From Synechocystis sp. PCC 6803 substr. PCC-P (GTDB lineage: Bacteria > Cyanobacteriota > Cyanobacteriia > Cyanobacteriales > Microcystaceae): DNA of 32,000 bases. The first letter of the stretch is position 1; every line of letters starts with the position of its first letter. The DNA lies in the NCBI RefSeq assembly GCF_000284455.1, contig NC_017039.1, positions 750,001 through 782,000 of the forward strand, given 5' to 3'. Both the position numbers and the translations under genes were made by a program. Of this stretch, positions 16,828-26,162 are shown in pieces. The notes below the pieces were generated by a model. The model ran no database searches, was not told where the DNA came from, and was given only the letters and a program-made list of their open reading frames with translations.

Positions 16828-17709
16828 ATGAAAACTGCATGGGTATTCCCCGGCCAAGGTTCCCAAGCTGTGGGCATGGGGGTAGATCTGCTCTCAACGG
16901 CGATCGCCAAGGAAAAATATCAGCAAGCCGAAGAAATTCTTGGCTGGTCAGTGGTGGAAAAATGCCAAGGGGATGAAGCTAGCCTGGCCCTGACCCAAAA
17001 TACCCAACCCTGTTTGTACGTTATTGAAGCAATTTTGGCTGATTTGCTCAGGGATAAAGGTTTTCAGCCCGATTACGTAGCCGGTCATAGTCTGGGGGAA
17101 TATTCCGCCCTCTACGCCGCTGGGGTATTTGATTTTGCCACGGGTTTGCAACTGGTTAAACAACGGTCAGAGGTGATGGCCAGCGCTTCCGGGGGCATGA
17201 TGGCCGCCCTGATGAAGTTCGATCAAACCCAGTTACAGCAAGCCCTGACGGATAATACAGAGGTTGTATTAGCTAACGATAACAGCCCCGAACAGGTAGT
17301 AATTTCCGGTACTGTGGCCGGTGTAGAAGCAATTTTAGCCAACGTCAAGGCACGCCGAGCCGTGCCTCTGAAGGTTTCCGGTGCTTTCCACTCCAGCTTT
17401 ATGGCCCAACCTTCCCAATCCTTCGCCCAAACCCTGACAGCTTGCCATTTCAACGACGCCACTGTGCCCGTACTCTCCAACGTTGATCCTAGCCCTACCC
17501 AAAACGGCGATCGCCTGAAAGAAAAACTAATTCAACAAATGACCGGTTCCGTGCGCTGGCGGGAAACCATGGTTAACCTAGGAGAAATTGGGGCAACGGA
17601 TTATTGGGAAGTGGGCCCAGGCAAAGTACTGACTGGTCTATGTAAACGAACTTGCCCTGATCTGAACCTGAAAAATATTGGCCAATTAGACGACTTGAAT
17701 TCCCTGTAG
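16828..17709 (+). CDS. fabD: Malonyl-CoA:ACP transacylase
   Basis: FPGQGSQ near the N-terminus, the active-site GHSLGEYSAL motif, and the downstream GAFHS motif. Confidence 0.9.
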   Translation: MKTAWVFPGQGSQAVGMGVDLLSTAIAKEKYQQAEEILGWSVVEKCQGDEASLALTQNTQPCLYVIEAILADLLRDKGFQPDYVAGHSLGEYSALYAAGVFDFATGLQLVKQRSEVMASASGGMMAALMKFDQTQLQQALTDNTEVVLANDNSPEQVVISGTVAGVEAILANVKARRAVPLKVSGAFHSSFMAQPSQSFAQTLTACHFNDATVPVLSNVDPSPTQNGDRLKEKLIQQMTGSVRWRETMVNLGEIGATDYWEVGPGKVLTGLCKRTCPDLNLKNIGQLDDLNSL

Positions 17710-17990
17710 GGTGACGGAAAAGTCTGGATTTATCCCCTAAATTCCCCAATACTGGGAGGCTTTGGAATTAGATTCTGCCCATAATCAAAGGATCACAGGG
17801 ACTTCTCAACCATGATCCTATGGTTCCCCTTCTCCCGTCTAGGCTTGCTAACATTGACCTTCTGGGAGTTTGTTCCCACCCCAAATTCCTCTAAGATGAA
17901 CAGAGCAAGCAAGAATTTTGACGGGTTGGCAGCATCCAACAAGTCTGCCACAGCTGTTTTTCACCCCATTTTCTCGAAGGAGAGTCTATC

Positions 17991-18533
17991 GTGTCTGCCC
18001 ACAAGATTCTAGTCATCGATGACAGCAAAGTTATCCGTATGCGAGTTAAGGATATGTTGCCCCAGGGAAATTTCGAGGTGATTGAAGCCAAGGACGGCCT
18101 CGAAGGTTTTAATCTGATCCAGAGTGAGCGGCCCAACCTGATTATGTTGGACTTTCTCCTGCCCAAAATGAGTGGCTGGGAAGTGTTTCAATCGGTGCAG
18201 GAACGCCCCGAACTCAAGGCTATTCCCTTGGTGTTGATGTCCGGTCGGAAGGAAGAAGTGCTCGAAAAAATTCCCGAACCCTTCGAGTATTTTGCTTTTG
18301 TGGAAAAACCATTTGAGCAACGGGAATTGGTGGCCGCCATCAAAGAGGCCATGATCAAAGCTAAAAAACACGCTCCTGTGGCCGCCGTTGCCAGTGGCGC
18401 TGCCCCAGCCGGAGATTTGGCCGCTGAAGTGCAACAACTCAAACAACAGGTAGCCCAAATGCACGGCGAAATTGACCTGTTGAAAAAACAGTTGGGGCAA
18501 TTAGTAACTTTCATCAAGCAACGGCTTTCCTAG
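17991..18533 (+). CDS. Stand-alone CheY-like response-regulator receiver with a C-terminal coiled coil (slr2024)
   Basis: KILVIDDS..., the phospho-acceptor context IMLDFLLPKMSG, and the conserved Lys in VEKPF. An A/P-rich linker is followed by the heptad-like LAAEVQQLKQQVAQMHGEIDLLKKQLGQL. The GTG start has AAGGAG 8 nt upstream. Confidence 0.8.
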   Translation: MSAHKILVIDDSKVIRMRVKDMLPQGNFEVIEAKDGLEGFNLIQSERPNLIMLDFLLPKMSGWEVFQSVQERPELKAIPLVLMSGRKEEVLEKIPEPFEYFAFVEKPFEQRELVAAIKEAMIKAKKHAPVAAVASGAAPAGDLAAEVQQLKQQVAQMHGEIDLLKKQLGQLVTFIKQRLS

Positions 18534-18599
18534 GCTATGCTATTGGGCCTGTTGACCGTTAGACTTGGGGTGAAACCTTTGTGTTGAGAAGTTGAGAGT

Positions 18600-19061
18600 A
18601 TGACTATGGCATCCCCTACACCAGAGTTAGCCAACCCCACCATGGATGAAATGACCCCTGCTAGTCATCACGATGTAGTGGAAACGGTTATTTCCGGCAT
18701 GGCCCAGGAAAATAGCGCCTTTGTGCAAGATAACGACCAGGGCAGCATCTGGAAATTTGCCTATGGCAGTGTGGAAGTGCTAGTACAGCTTACCGGAGAA
18801 GGGGAAAATGATCTGTTTCGGGTCTGGGCCGAGGTAATGCCCTTACCAACAGATCCAGGCCAATTATTGGCGGAAGTGATGCAATTAAATTGGTCAGATA
18901 CCTTTGAAGCCTGTTTTGCTCTACGGGAAAATCATTTAGTGGCTCTCCATCAGCGCACTGTGGCGGATCTTTCCCCCAGCGAAATTTCCCGGGCCATTAC
19001 CCTCGTTGCTACCCTGGCCGATGACCATGACGATCGCCTGAAGGAAAAATACGGCGCTTAG
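18600..19061 (+). CDS. YbjN-like / type III secretion-chaperone-like small acidic protein (slr2025)
   Basis: 153 aa. The pattern GSIWKFAYGSVEVLVQL...LFRVWAEVMPLP...LLAEVMQLNW...ACFAL...LVAL...ISRAITLVATLADDHDD resembles the YbjN/CesT-like fold family. This is a by-eye call only. Confidence 0.45.
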   Translation: MTMASPTPELANPTMDEMTPASHHDVVETVISGMAQENSAFVQDNDQGSIWKFAYGSVEVLVQLTGEGENDLFRVWAEVMPLPTDPGQLLAEVMQLNWSDTFEACFALRENHLVALHQRTVADLSPSEISRAITLVATLADDHDDRLKEKYGA

Positions 19062-19140
19062 AGCGTGTTTGAAAAGTTGAGTTTTGGCTGCTTAATCCCC
19101 CCTAGCCCCCCTTGGAAAGGAGGGAACTGCCGCTAAAGTC
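19061..19140 (-). repeat. Truncated inverted copy of the 3331-3481 MITE-like element
   Basis: gagcgtgtttgaaaagttgagttttggctgcttaatcccccctagccccccttggaaaggagggaa... aligns to the reverse complement of 3402-3481. It starts on the last base of the slr2025 TAG stop and fills the 92-bp gap between convergent genes. Confidence 0.7.
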
Positions 19141-19153
19141 AAGTATTAACCAA

Positions 19154-20392
19154 CTAAAAATCTTCTTCCAGAGCCGCAAACAGAGCGCTAAGGATCTGGT
19201 TGGAGTATAAAATTCCCTCCGGATCAGTGAAGCAAAACCTCTGCACCGTTTCCGTTGTGGTCTGGTTCGGGGCTAGCATTTGGTTATCCTCGCCATAAAA
19301 TTCCAGCCAACGGCGATCGCCAAAGGAAGTTAGGGTAGCAAGGATTTTTGCCTTTTCTGTCTGATTAACCGAAGGCAGTTGGGCCCACGTTACCCCAGCG
19401 GTCAGCCTTAGTCCTAACATCAAGCTTTCTAACAAATTTTCCAACGGAGAAACCCTTTCCCCCGGAATGGGACAGCCTTGATTGAGCCAAGATTCTAGCC
19501 ATTGGTAATAGCCATTTCTCGTACGGGGCCGGCCAAAACGCTTACCGTCAATGTAACTGGTGGCCCCCATGCCTAAACCGTAGTAGGGCAAATTACGCCA
19601 ATAGATTTGGTTATGGCGACATTGGTGGCCGGGGCGGCCATAGTTGGAAATTTCGTAATGGTGGAAACCGGCTTGGGTTAATACTTCTTGGCCATGGCGA
19701 TAAAAATCAGCACTGCGTTCGGGGGGAGGTACAGCCAATTTCCCCCGCTGTTCCCATTTGTCGAAAACGGTTTGGGGTTCCAACACTAAGTCATAGCAGG
19801 AAATATGCTTAGGCCCTGCGGCTAGAGCCAAGGTTAGGGAACTGTGCCAATCTGCTGCCGTTTGCTCCGGTAGCCCCGTAATCAAATCCAAGCTCCAATT
19901 TTCAATATTCTCCTTGGCGATCGCCGTGAGGGCTTGATCGATGTCCCGGCGACGGTGGTGGCGGCCACAAAGGGCCAGTAAATTGTCTTGGAAAGCCTGT
20001 ACGCCCAAGCTAAAGCGGTTAATGCCCAAATTTTTATAGCCTTGCAATTGAACTTGGTCAAAGGTGCCAGGATCAATTTCAATGCTTATCTCAGCGTCCG
20101 GGGCAATGCCCAGATATTGATCAACCGCCAGCAAAATTTTTTCCAAACCGGTGATCGGCAATAAAGAAGGGGTGCCTCCACCAAAAAAAACTGTTTGTAA
20201 AGGCTGGCCTTGGTGTTGTTGCCCCGCAATTTCTCTGCATACTGCTTCCACATATTCCCCCACCCAACCGTCCAGGGTTAAAGACTGGAAACCCGTCACA
20301 GCAATAGGAAAATCACAATAAAAACAGCGTTGGCGACAAAAGGGAATGTGAATGTAGGCGGCAGTGGGCATTAAATATGTACCTGTATTCAC
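19154..20392 (-). CDS. hemN2: Radical-SAM HemN-family protein, HemW-like (annotated oxygen-independent coproporphyrinogen III oxidase)
   Basis: The motif is IHIPFCRQRCFYCDF: CxxxCxxC is present, but the fourth Cys of true HemN (CxxxCxxCxC) is replaced by Phe. The GTG start at 20392 overlaps the nadD stop (GTGA); ATG 20371 is an alternative. From locus memory this is sll1917. Confidence 0.8.
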   Translation of the reverse strand: MNTGTYLMPTAAYIHIPFCRQRCFYCDFPIAVTGFQSLTLDGWVGEYVEAVCREIAGQQHQGQPLQTVFFGGGTPSLLPITGLEKILLAVDQYLGIAPDAEISIEIDPGTFDQVQLQGYKNLGINRFSLGVQAFQDNLLALCGRHHRRRDIDQALTAIAKENIENWSLDLITGLPEQTAADWHSSLTLALAAGPKHISCYDLVLEPQTVFDKWEQRGKLAVPPPERSADFYRHGQEVLTQAGFHHYEISNYGRPGHQCRHNQIYWRNLPYYGLGMGATSYIDGKRFGRPRTRNGYYQWLESWLNQGCPIPGERVSPLENLLESLMLGLRLTAGVTWAQLPSVNQTEKAKILATLTSFGDRRWLEFYGEDNQMLAPNQTTTETVQRFCFTDPEGILYSNQILSALFAALEEDF

Positions 20393-21030
20393 TGGCGATA
20401 AAGTTGCCTTTGTTGAATGTAGCTTTGCACCGGATCTGGAATTAGATCGTCGTCTCGAATTTGCCGGTAAATGCTGGAGGAAATGGGGGGAGTGATGGCT
20501 TGATCGTCGCCTTGGTTAACTAATTGGTAGTGCCCTCCTAACTGGGCCAATTTATCCAAATCAGCTTGATTAATGCCGTAGCCCGGCCGGGGAAAAATCA
20601 CCAATTGGACAGCGGGCAATAATTCTTTTACTGCGTACCATTGAGAAATTTGCCGAATTAAATCTGCCCCCACCACCAAGGCATAATCCGGTTCCAGCCC
20701 CCATCTTTGTTGGGCCCGTTGCAGGCTAATTAAACTGCGGCGATCGCTCAAATCTTCCCAAATTTGCACTGTGGCGTAATCCTTCTGTACATCCTCCACC
20801 AACAGCTTCAACATTGCTTGGCGATCGCCCAGGCTGGCCCAGTGTCCTGTTTCGGGATTGGGGCCTTGCTTAAAAGGATTGTCGGCGGCCCACACCGCTA
20901 CTTGGTCAAAATGTTGAGCTAACCAAATGAGGATGGCCCGGTGGGCTAGGGTGGGGGGATCGGCGCTGGTGCCAAAAAGGGCTATTTTCACGAAGGGGTT
21001 TGAATTTATATTACTTTCGTCTCCGAACAA
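20389..21030 (-). CDS. nadD: Nicotinate-nucleotide adenylyltransferase-like nucleotidyltransferase
   Basis: IALFGTSADPPTLAHRAI carries the (T/H)xxH nucleotidyltransferase motif, with ISSSxxR-like ISSSIYRQ near the C-terminus. The TTG start at 21030 directly follows the upstream stop; GTG 20991 is an alternative. Confidence 0.6.
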   Translation of the reverse strand: MFGDESNINSNPFVKIALFGTSADPPTLAHRAILIWLAQHFDQVAVWAADNPFKQGPNPETGHWASLGDRQAMLKLLVEDVQKDYATVQIWEDLSDRRSLISLQRAQQRWGLEPDYALVVGADLIRQISQWYAVKELLPAVQLVIFPRPGYGINQADLDKLAQLGGHYQLVNQGDDQAITPPISSSIYRQIRDDDLIPDPVQSYIQQRQLYRQ

Positions 21031-21582
21031 TTAATTTTTCACTTCCGTTAGCTCAATTACCCGCTCATCGTAATCCTTGACCAAAAAATTCAACGGCTTG
21101 CGACTGCGTACTTTATAGCGGAGACGGCGAGATTGCACCCGCAGAAAAATTTGCTCCAAACAATCGTGGTCAAAACAGACATGGCGTTGGCGATTGTTAC
21201 TGCCAAAGCTAGCCCCACCAATGATGTGCAGTTGGGTATTTTTTTTCAACTGATACCAAAGCCCGTCCTGGGCACTGTAGCGATTCTCGGGGGGAATTTG
21301 GGGGTTAGCCGCCATGGAAAATGAGTCCCAACCCGCAGTACCTAGGGTTTGTTCATAGTTGTAGTAATAATGCAGAGGCACGTCCGCCACGGCTAGCTCC
21401 AGCAAACCTTCATAAAATGCTTTGGCGATCGCCAGGTCCGACACCATCACTGTGTACACCTTGGGGGCACTGGTGAGAAATAACCACATAGCCAAGGCAT
21501 AGGCCCCCAACAGCATCACCATAATGCCTTGGGTGGAAAACAAGCTGTCAATGGGAATCAAGGCGGCGAAATGCAGGGGCAT
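21031..21582 (-). CDS. Membrane-anchored VOC/glyoxalase-fold-like hypothetical protein
   Basis: An N-terminal TM segment (IMVMLLGAYALAMWLFL) is followed by VSDLAIAKAFYEGLLEL...HVCFD...IELTEV, which resembles a VOC (glyoxalase/bleomycin-resistance) domain. The call is weak. Confidence 0.4.
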   Translation of the reverse strand: MPLHFAALIPIDSLFSTQGIMVMLLGAYALAMWLFLTSAPKVYTVMVSDLAIAKAFYEGLLELAVADVPLHYYYNYEQTLGTAGWDSFSMAANPQIPPENRYSAQDGLWYQLKKNTQLHIIGGASFGSNNRQRHVCFDHDCLEQIFLRVQSRRLRYKVRSRKPLNFLVKDYDERVIELTEVKN

Positions 21583-21751
21583 GGTTAGGAAACTGGGGGA
21601 TAGAACCCGAAATAATCAGCGAAAATTGTATTGTTAGGATCATTAGGCTTTGCCACCGCTGGAGCCAGCAAACACCGTCCAACTAGCATTGCCCTTGGGA
21701 TACATTCTACCAAGAGCTATCCCGGCGTTCCAAACTTCCCTCCGATAACCT

Positions 21752-22621
21752 ATGGACCAGTTGGATCAATTGAGTGATTATTTTCCCCCTCCCCTCCCGG
21801 TGGGCCAAACCCTTTTTGATTGGGGCAAACGCACCTATGTGATGGGAATTTTGAATACTACGCCGGACAGTTTTAGTGATGGGGGCGAATTTAACTCTCT
21901 ACCAACGGCCATCCACCAGGCTAAAACCATGGTGCAGGGGGGAGCACACATTATTGACATTGGCGGCCAGTCCACCCGACCGGGGGCAGAAACTGTTAGC
22001 TTGAAGGAAGAATTAGAGCGCACTATTCCGATTATCCAAGCTCTCCGGCAAGAATTAGACATTCCCATTTCCATCGATACCACCAGGGCGGAAGTGGCAC
22101 GACAAGCTCTCCAAGCCGGAGCGGATATGGTCAACGATATTTCCGGAGCTACCTTTGAACCAGAAATTTTGGCGGTCGCCGCCCAGCACAAGGCTCCGAT
22201 TATTTTGATGCACATACGGGGTAACCCCCAAACTATGCAAAATTTGACGGATTATGGGGATTTAATCGGGGAAATGAGGCAGTTTTTCAGCGCCCAAGTA
22301 GATCTAGCCCGCCATTACGGCGTATTGCCCGAACAGATTATCCTTGACCCAGGCATTGGCTTTGCTAAAACCGCTGAGCAAAATATTACCCTACTGCGCC
22401 AGTTACCGGAGCTAAAAAGACTTGGTTTTCCCCTATTGGTGGGGCCATCCCGGAAAAGTTTCATTGGCAAAATTCTTGACCAACCTGATCCGAAGGAAAG
22501 AGTTTGGGGTACTGGGGCGACCTGCTGTCGGGCGATCGCCGGGGGAGCAGATATAGTCAGAGTCCATGATGTGGAAGCCATGGCCCAGATATGTAAGGTT
22601 GCAGATGCCCTATGGCGATGA
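21752..22621 (+). CDS. folP: Dihydropteroate synthase
   Basis: GILNTTPDSFSDGG, DIGGQSTRPG, DTTRAEVA, NDISG and GPSRKSF are classic pterin-binding DHPS motifs. Confidence 0.9.
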   Translation: MDQLDQLSDYFPPPLPVGQTLFDWGKRTYVMGILNTTPDSFSDGGEFNSLPTAIHQAKTMVQGGAHIIDIGGQSTRPGAETVSLKEELERTIPIIQALRQELDIPISIDTTRAEVARQALQAGADMVNDISGATFEPEILAVAAQHKAPIILMHIRGNPQTMQNLTDYGDLIGEMRQFFSAQVDLARHYGVLPEQIILDPGIGFAKTAEQNITLLRQLPELKRLGFPLLVGPSRKSFIGKILDQPDPKERVWGTGATCCRAIAGGADIVRVHDVEAMAQICKVADALWR

Positions 22622-24006
22622 GTAAGCCTAACTTAAGGAAGTTAATGGAAAATCTGGGGCAAAAACTCCAGCGTTGGGCCCTAGAGGAATGGTCGGGCTT
22701 AATTCTGGTGATGGTCCCCATCGCTCTATTGTTCTGTTGGGGGCTAGACTTCCATAACCTACGGCGGGGAGAGGAAACAAATTTAGTTGAATCAGCCCAT
22801 TATTGGCGGGCAACACTACAAAATTACGGCTTTACTCCAACTAGCTTGTTTGAGAACCTAGGGCGATCGCCATTGCCCATTTGGTTAATTAGTCTTAGTC
22901 AAATGATTTTTGGCCATGAATTATGGGGCGATCGTTTACTGGGAGCTTTGCTCAATGGGGCCAGTTTGCCGTTGTTATATTGGCTGGGCAAAGAACTGTA
23001 CAGCCGCAGTTTGCCCGCCTTCCTCACTTTAGTAGTTTATGGCACTGCCCCCACTGTGGTTTATTGGGCCAGGGTAGCTAGCATTAACAGTTTTGTCTTA
23101 CCGTTAACCATTGCCTGTCTAGCTAGTGCACTGTTTTGCCGTCGGGATTTAAGGGGAGGCTTACCCTTGGGTCTGACCCTCAGTGCCCTGGCATTAACAA
23201 ATTTGCCTACTTCCATCGTACTATTTGCCACTAGTCTAGTTTTTCTCCATTGGGATACACCCCGTTTAAAATCTTCACCCCTATTTGGGTTTGGTCTAGT
23301 TTTAGGTTTACTACCGGCGATCTCCTGGTGGCTGGGCTATGGTTTCTTGCTCCATGGAGAAATTGTGGACTCGATAATGGTCATTGGTGGCTCTCCCTGG
23401 CCCCTAAAGTTAAGGGGCTGGCTCTGGCTACTGGCAAGTTCCCCCGGTCTAATTTTTGCTCTGAATACTTTTCCCCGGGCCCAACAAGCATTGCCCTGGA
23501 GTTGGGCCCGTTTCCTGCTTTGCCAAGGGGGAGTGTACGGTATGTTAGTCATCATTTCTCCCTGGGCCAGCACTTCCTTGGTGATGCCCCTGTTAGTAGT
23601 TTTGGCATTGGCAGCAGGATTGACCTTAGCTGAAATACGCCGAGGAGCTAGTACTTTGGTTTATACTCCCTGGTGGCGTCGATTTTTCCTGACCCTAGCC
23701 GGTTTGACTGCCTTGGGGGCCATAGCTATTCATTTCTCCTATGGCAGGAGCAATTTAGCCAGTTGGACTGCCCGGGATGGTGTAATCACCATATTGGTAC
23801 TAGTTTTATTGTCTTTAACCTTGGTGATGACTTCCCTGTTGTTAGACCGTCAGCAACCGGAGTTTATCAATGTGCTTTTTTGGGGACTATTCGTCTGCCT
23901 GTTTTTGGTTATCTATACCCCCTTAAGCTATCTGCCCCCTAGGTCTTTGCCTGATGTGATAGTTTCTACGGTTTCCACCACTAACCAATTGCCGGCGGAA
24001 TTATAA
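22612..24006 (+). CDS. Polytopic membrane glycosyltransferase, ArnT/PMT (GT39/GT83-like) family
   Basis: It has about 11 TM helices, and the first loop and N-terminal third (...PLPIWLISLSQMIFGHELWGDRLLGALLNGASLPLLYWLGKELY...) match the PMT_2 pattern. The start is ATG 22612, or ATG 22618 in an ATGA overlap with the folP stop. Confidence 0.55.
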   Translation: MAMSKPNLRKLMENLGQKLQRWALEEWSGLILVMVPIALLFCWGLDFHNLRRGEETNLVESAHYWRATLQNYGFTPTSLFENLGRSPLPIWLISLSQMIFGHELWGDRLLGALLNGASLPLLYWLGKELYSRSLPAFLTLVVYGTAPTVVYWARVASINSFVLPLTIACLASALFCRRDLRGGLPLGLTLSALALTNLPTSIVLFATSLVFLHWDTPRLKSSPLFGFGLVLGLLPAISWWLGYGFLLHGEIVDSIMVIGGSPWPLKLRGWLWLLASSPGLIFALNTFPRAQQALPWSWARFLLCQGGVYGMLVIISPWASTSLVMPLLVVLALAAGLTLAEIRRGASTLVYTPWWRRFFLTLAGLTALGAIAIHFSYGRSNLASWTARDGVITILVLVLLSLTLVMTSLLLDRQQPEFINVLFWGLFVCLFLVIYTPLSYLPPRSLPDVIVSTVSTTNQLPAEL

Positions 24007-25727
24007 CGACCTCCTAAGGTAATTTTTTTGCCATTGGCGTGGTTGATTAATTGCTCCGCCACTTCCGGTCGTTCCGTAATCACTTTGAGAATTTTGCCCG
24101 ATTGTTGGCAGATTAACTGATAGGTTTGGTGTTCACTTTTTTGCAGCTCGCCGGTGTAAACAGATTGACTTTTAGATAAGGGCAATTGAGCCAGATTAAC
24201 ATCCACGGGACAATGGCCTGAGGGGGGATACTGATCAGGATTGTCCAAATAATATTGTTGCCATTGCCGCCATTCGGGGTGGTCGGGAACTAAATTAAAT
24301 AGGGGAATAACCGCCGCTGGGGCCCGGCGATCGCCAATCAGGGCTTCCTGCACATCCCGCACGTCTAAGTCCTGGGGGTCACAATTTTTTTCCACACTTA
24401 AAGCCGCTATCATTCCCACTGCTTGCCCTGTGTTCATAACTAGGGGTTGTAAACGGGTGCTGCCATTGGCCATGTGACTGACGGAAATATTTTTTTCACA
24501 GGGTAAATAGCCCCGCGCTGTCGGAGATAAAAGAGCTGGAAAAGGAATGGTAAAGGGGGTTCCCGTCCATCTTCCGCCCCAAATTAAGGATTTGGGAGTA
24601 AGAGGAAATTCATAGCCAGGATAGTGGTGATCGTTGGCATAATTTCCCACCCCAATGCTAGTAACTTTTTGGTTATAAATTGGCAGGGATGCTACCTGAC
24701 CCTGGGGTAAAATATCCCTTTCTGTAATAACTTGCTGACCTTTTAAGCGCCTACTTTCCCGATAGTAGGGATGGAGAGCAAAGGCGGTGGAAATATCTCC
24801 AGTTTGTGGAAAAATTCCTGTGGCTAATTCTAAGTTTTCTGAATGATGCTTTTGGAGGTAATAGGCGTAGGCATAGCTATATTGATAAGCTTCCTTTAAA
24901 TAGGTTTGCTTTTCCTTTTCACCGCCCAATAAACGGTTTAAATCTTTGCCATAATCATTGCCGGCGATCGGCCAATTAATCATATAATGCTCGCCGGGTA
25001 ATTGGCCATAGGTTAAAAAATCTTTTTCTCCATAGTTCTGCCAAGTATGGGTAAAATCTTGGGCTACATCAATAGTAGGTTCAGCAATGATATTTGTTTG
25101 ATTATTAGTTGTTTTTCGTAGCAAAAATACCCAAGTGGGGGACTGTATTGGATACTCTTCTGTCATCTCATTGGGAGCAATCGGACAACTGGGTTCATCA
25201 AATTTATCCTGCCAATCCCAACCCCAACGGTGGCCAATATCTCCCAGGGCTAGTAAATCCCCCAACTCTGTGCCATCCAGAATTACCCTAGCTCGAATTT
25301 CATAGTCTGGAAATCTCACCCCCACCAGGCGATCGCCATTTTTTACCACTTCCATGGGGCATTGATTGGCAATCCAAGTTAAATTAGGCAACTCTGCCGC
25401 CCAATCAGCGAAGATTTTGGACCCTAGACGGGGATCAAAAGTAAATAAACTCACCCAGCTATGGTCTAAACCCCCGGGTTGTTGGACCGTCAAAGTCCTT
25501 AAAAACTCTCCCCATAGCCCCGTTTGCCAAGCGGCCAATTCATTGCCGTCGGGAGCAGACACTCCAGCGGAAGTTAACATACCTCCCAACCAGGGCCCTT
25601 CGCTAACAAGGATGGTTTTTACTCCTCGTCGGGCCGCCTGGATCGCCGCCGCCGTGCCCCCAGTGCCACCTCCCACCACCAAAATATCTGTGGTCAATCG
25701 GGCAATAGATTTTGTTGCAATGGCCAT
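23928..25727 (-). CDS. FAD-dependent oxidoreductase (FAD_oxidored/GIDA-like N-terminus), 599 aa
   Basis: N-terminal Rossmann dinucleotide motif ILVVGGGTGGTAAAIQAARRG. The rest of the protein is uncharacterised. Confidence 0.65.
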   Translation of the reverse strand: MAIATKSIARLTTDILVVGGGTGGTAAAIQAARRGVKTILVSEGPWLGGMLTSAGVSAPDGNELAAWQTGLWGEFLRTLTVQQPGGLDHSWVSLFTFDPRLGSKIFADWAAELPNLTWIANQCPMEVVKNGDRLVGVRFPDYEIRARVILDGTELGDLLALGDIGHRWGWDWQDKFDEPSCPIAPNEMTEEYPIQSPTWVFLLRKTTNNQTNIIAEPTIDVAQDFTHTWQNYGEKDFLTYGQLPGEHYMINWPIAGNDYGKDLNRLLGGEKEKQTYLKEAYQYSYAYAYYLQKHHSENLELATGIFPQTGDISTAFALHPYYRESRRLKGQQVITERDILPQGQVASLPIYNQKVTSIGVGNYANDHHYPGYEFPLTPKSLIWGGRWTGTPFTIPFPALLSPTARGYLPCEKNISVSHMANGSTRLQPLVMNTGQAVGMIAALSVEKNCDPQDLDVRDVQEALIGDRRAPAAVIPLFNLVPDHPEWRQWQQYYLDNPDQYPPSGHCPVDVNLAQLPLSKSQSVYTGELQKSEHQTYQLICQQSGKILKVITERPEVAEQLINHANGKKITLGGRYNSAGNWLVVETVETITSGKDLGGR

Positions 25728-25787
25728 AATGTTTCTGGGAAATCACAGACTATTTAAAAATTGTTTTGCCGTCAAAATAGGAATATT

Positions 25788-26162
25788 TTAATACGTTTCT
25801 AGGACGAGTAAATCAGTGTCACCACTGATAATAGCATCAGCCTGGGAGGCGATCGCCGTGGCCAAAACCATGGCATCTTTAGGATCCCGAGGATCCCGCA
25901 GTTCGGGAACTTCTAGGGGATGGATAGGATAAATAGTAGAAATTTCGCCCATCGCAAGTAGAATTTCTTCTGTCGTTAAAGACAGTAATGCGAGCCTTTT
26001 TTGCAGCTTTTGGTAACTTAGAACTTTCTCCACTTCCTGCAAAATTTCTACGGAAGTACAGGTCAAAATTTCTTTTTTACGAGCTAATTTTATGAGATTA
26101 CCTGGTAACCCTTGCCATAACCACCCGGAAAGCCAAAGGTTTGTATCTAGGACGACCTTCAT
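25788..26162 (-). CDS. PIN-domain toxin (VapC-like)
   Basis: MKVVLDTNLW... supplies the first acidic PIN residue and ...AIISGDTDLL the distal acidic motif. 124 aa. The ATG overlaps the stop of the upstream small gene (ATGA). Confidence 0.7.
   Translation of the reverse strand: MKVVLDTNLWLSGWLWQGLPGNLIKLARKKEILTCTSVEILQEVEKVLSYQKLQKRLALLSLTTEEILLAMGEISTIYPIHPLEVPELRDPRDPKDAMVLATAIASQADAIISGDTDLLVLETY

Noticed and set aside
17812-18012. 66-aa plus-strand ORF upstream of and overlapping the response-regulator start
   Set aside because: It has no RBS and an odd composition, and it overlaps the well-supported GTG start at 17991. It is more likely 5' UTR.
18009-18517. 163-aa and 109-aa minus-strand ORFs opposite the response-regulator gene
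   Set aside because: The plus-strand frame has complete receiver-domain motifs and an AAGGAG RBS. The antisense products have no recognisable features.
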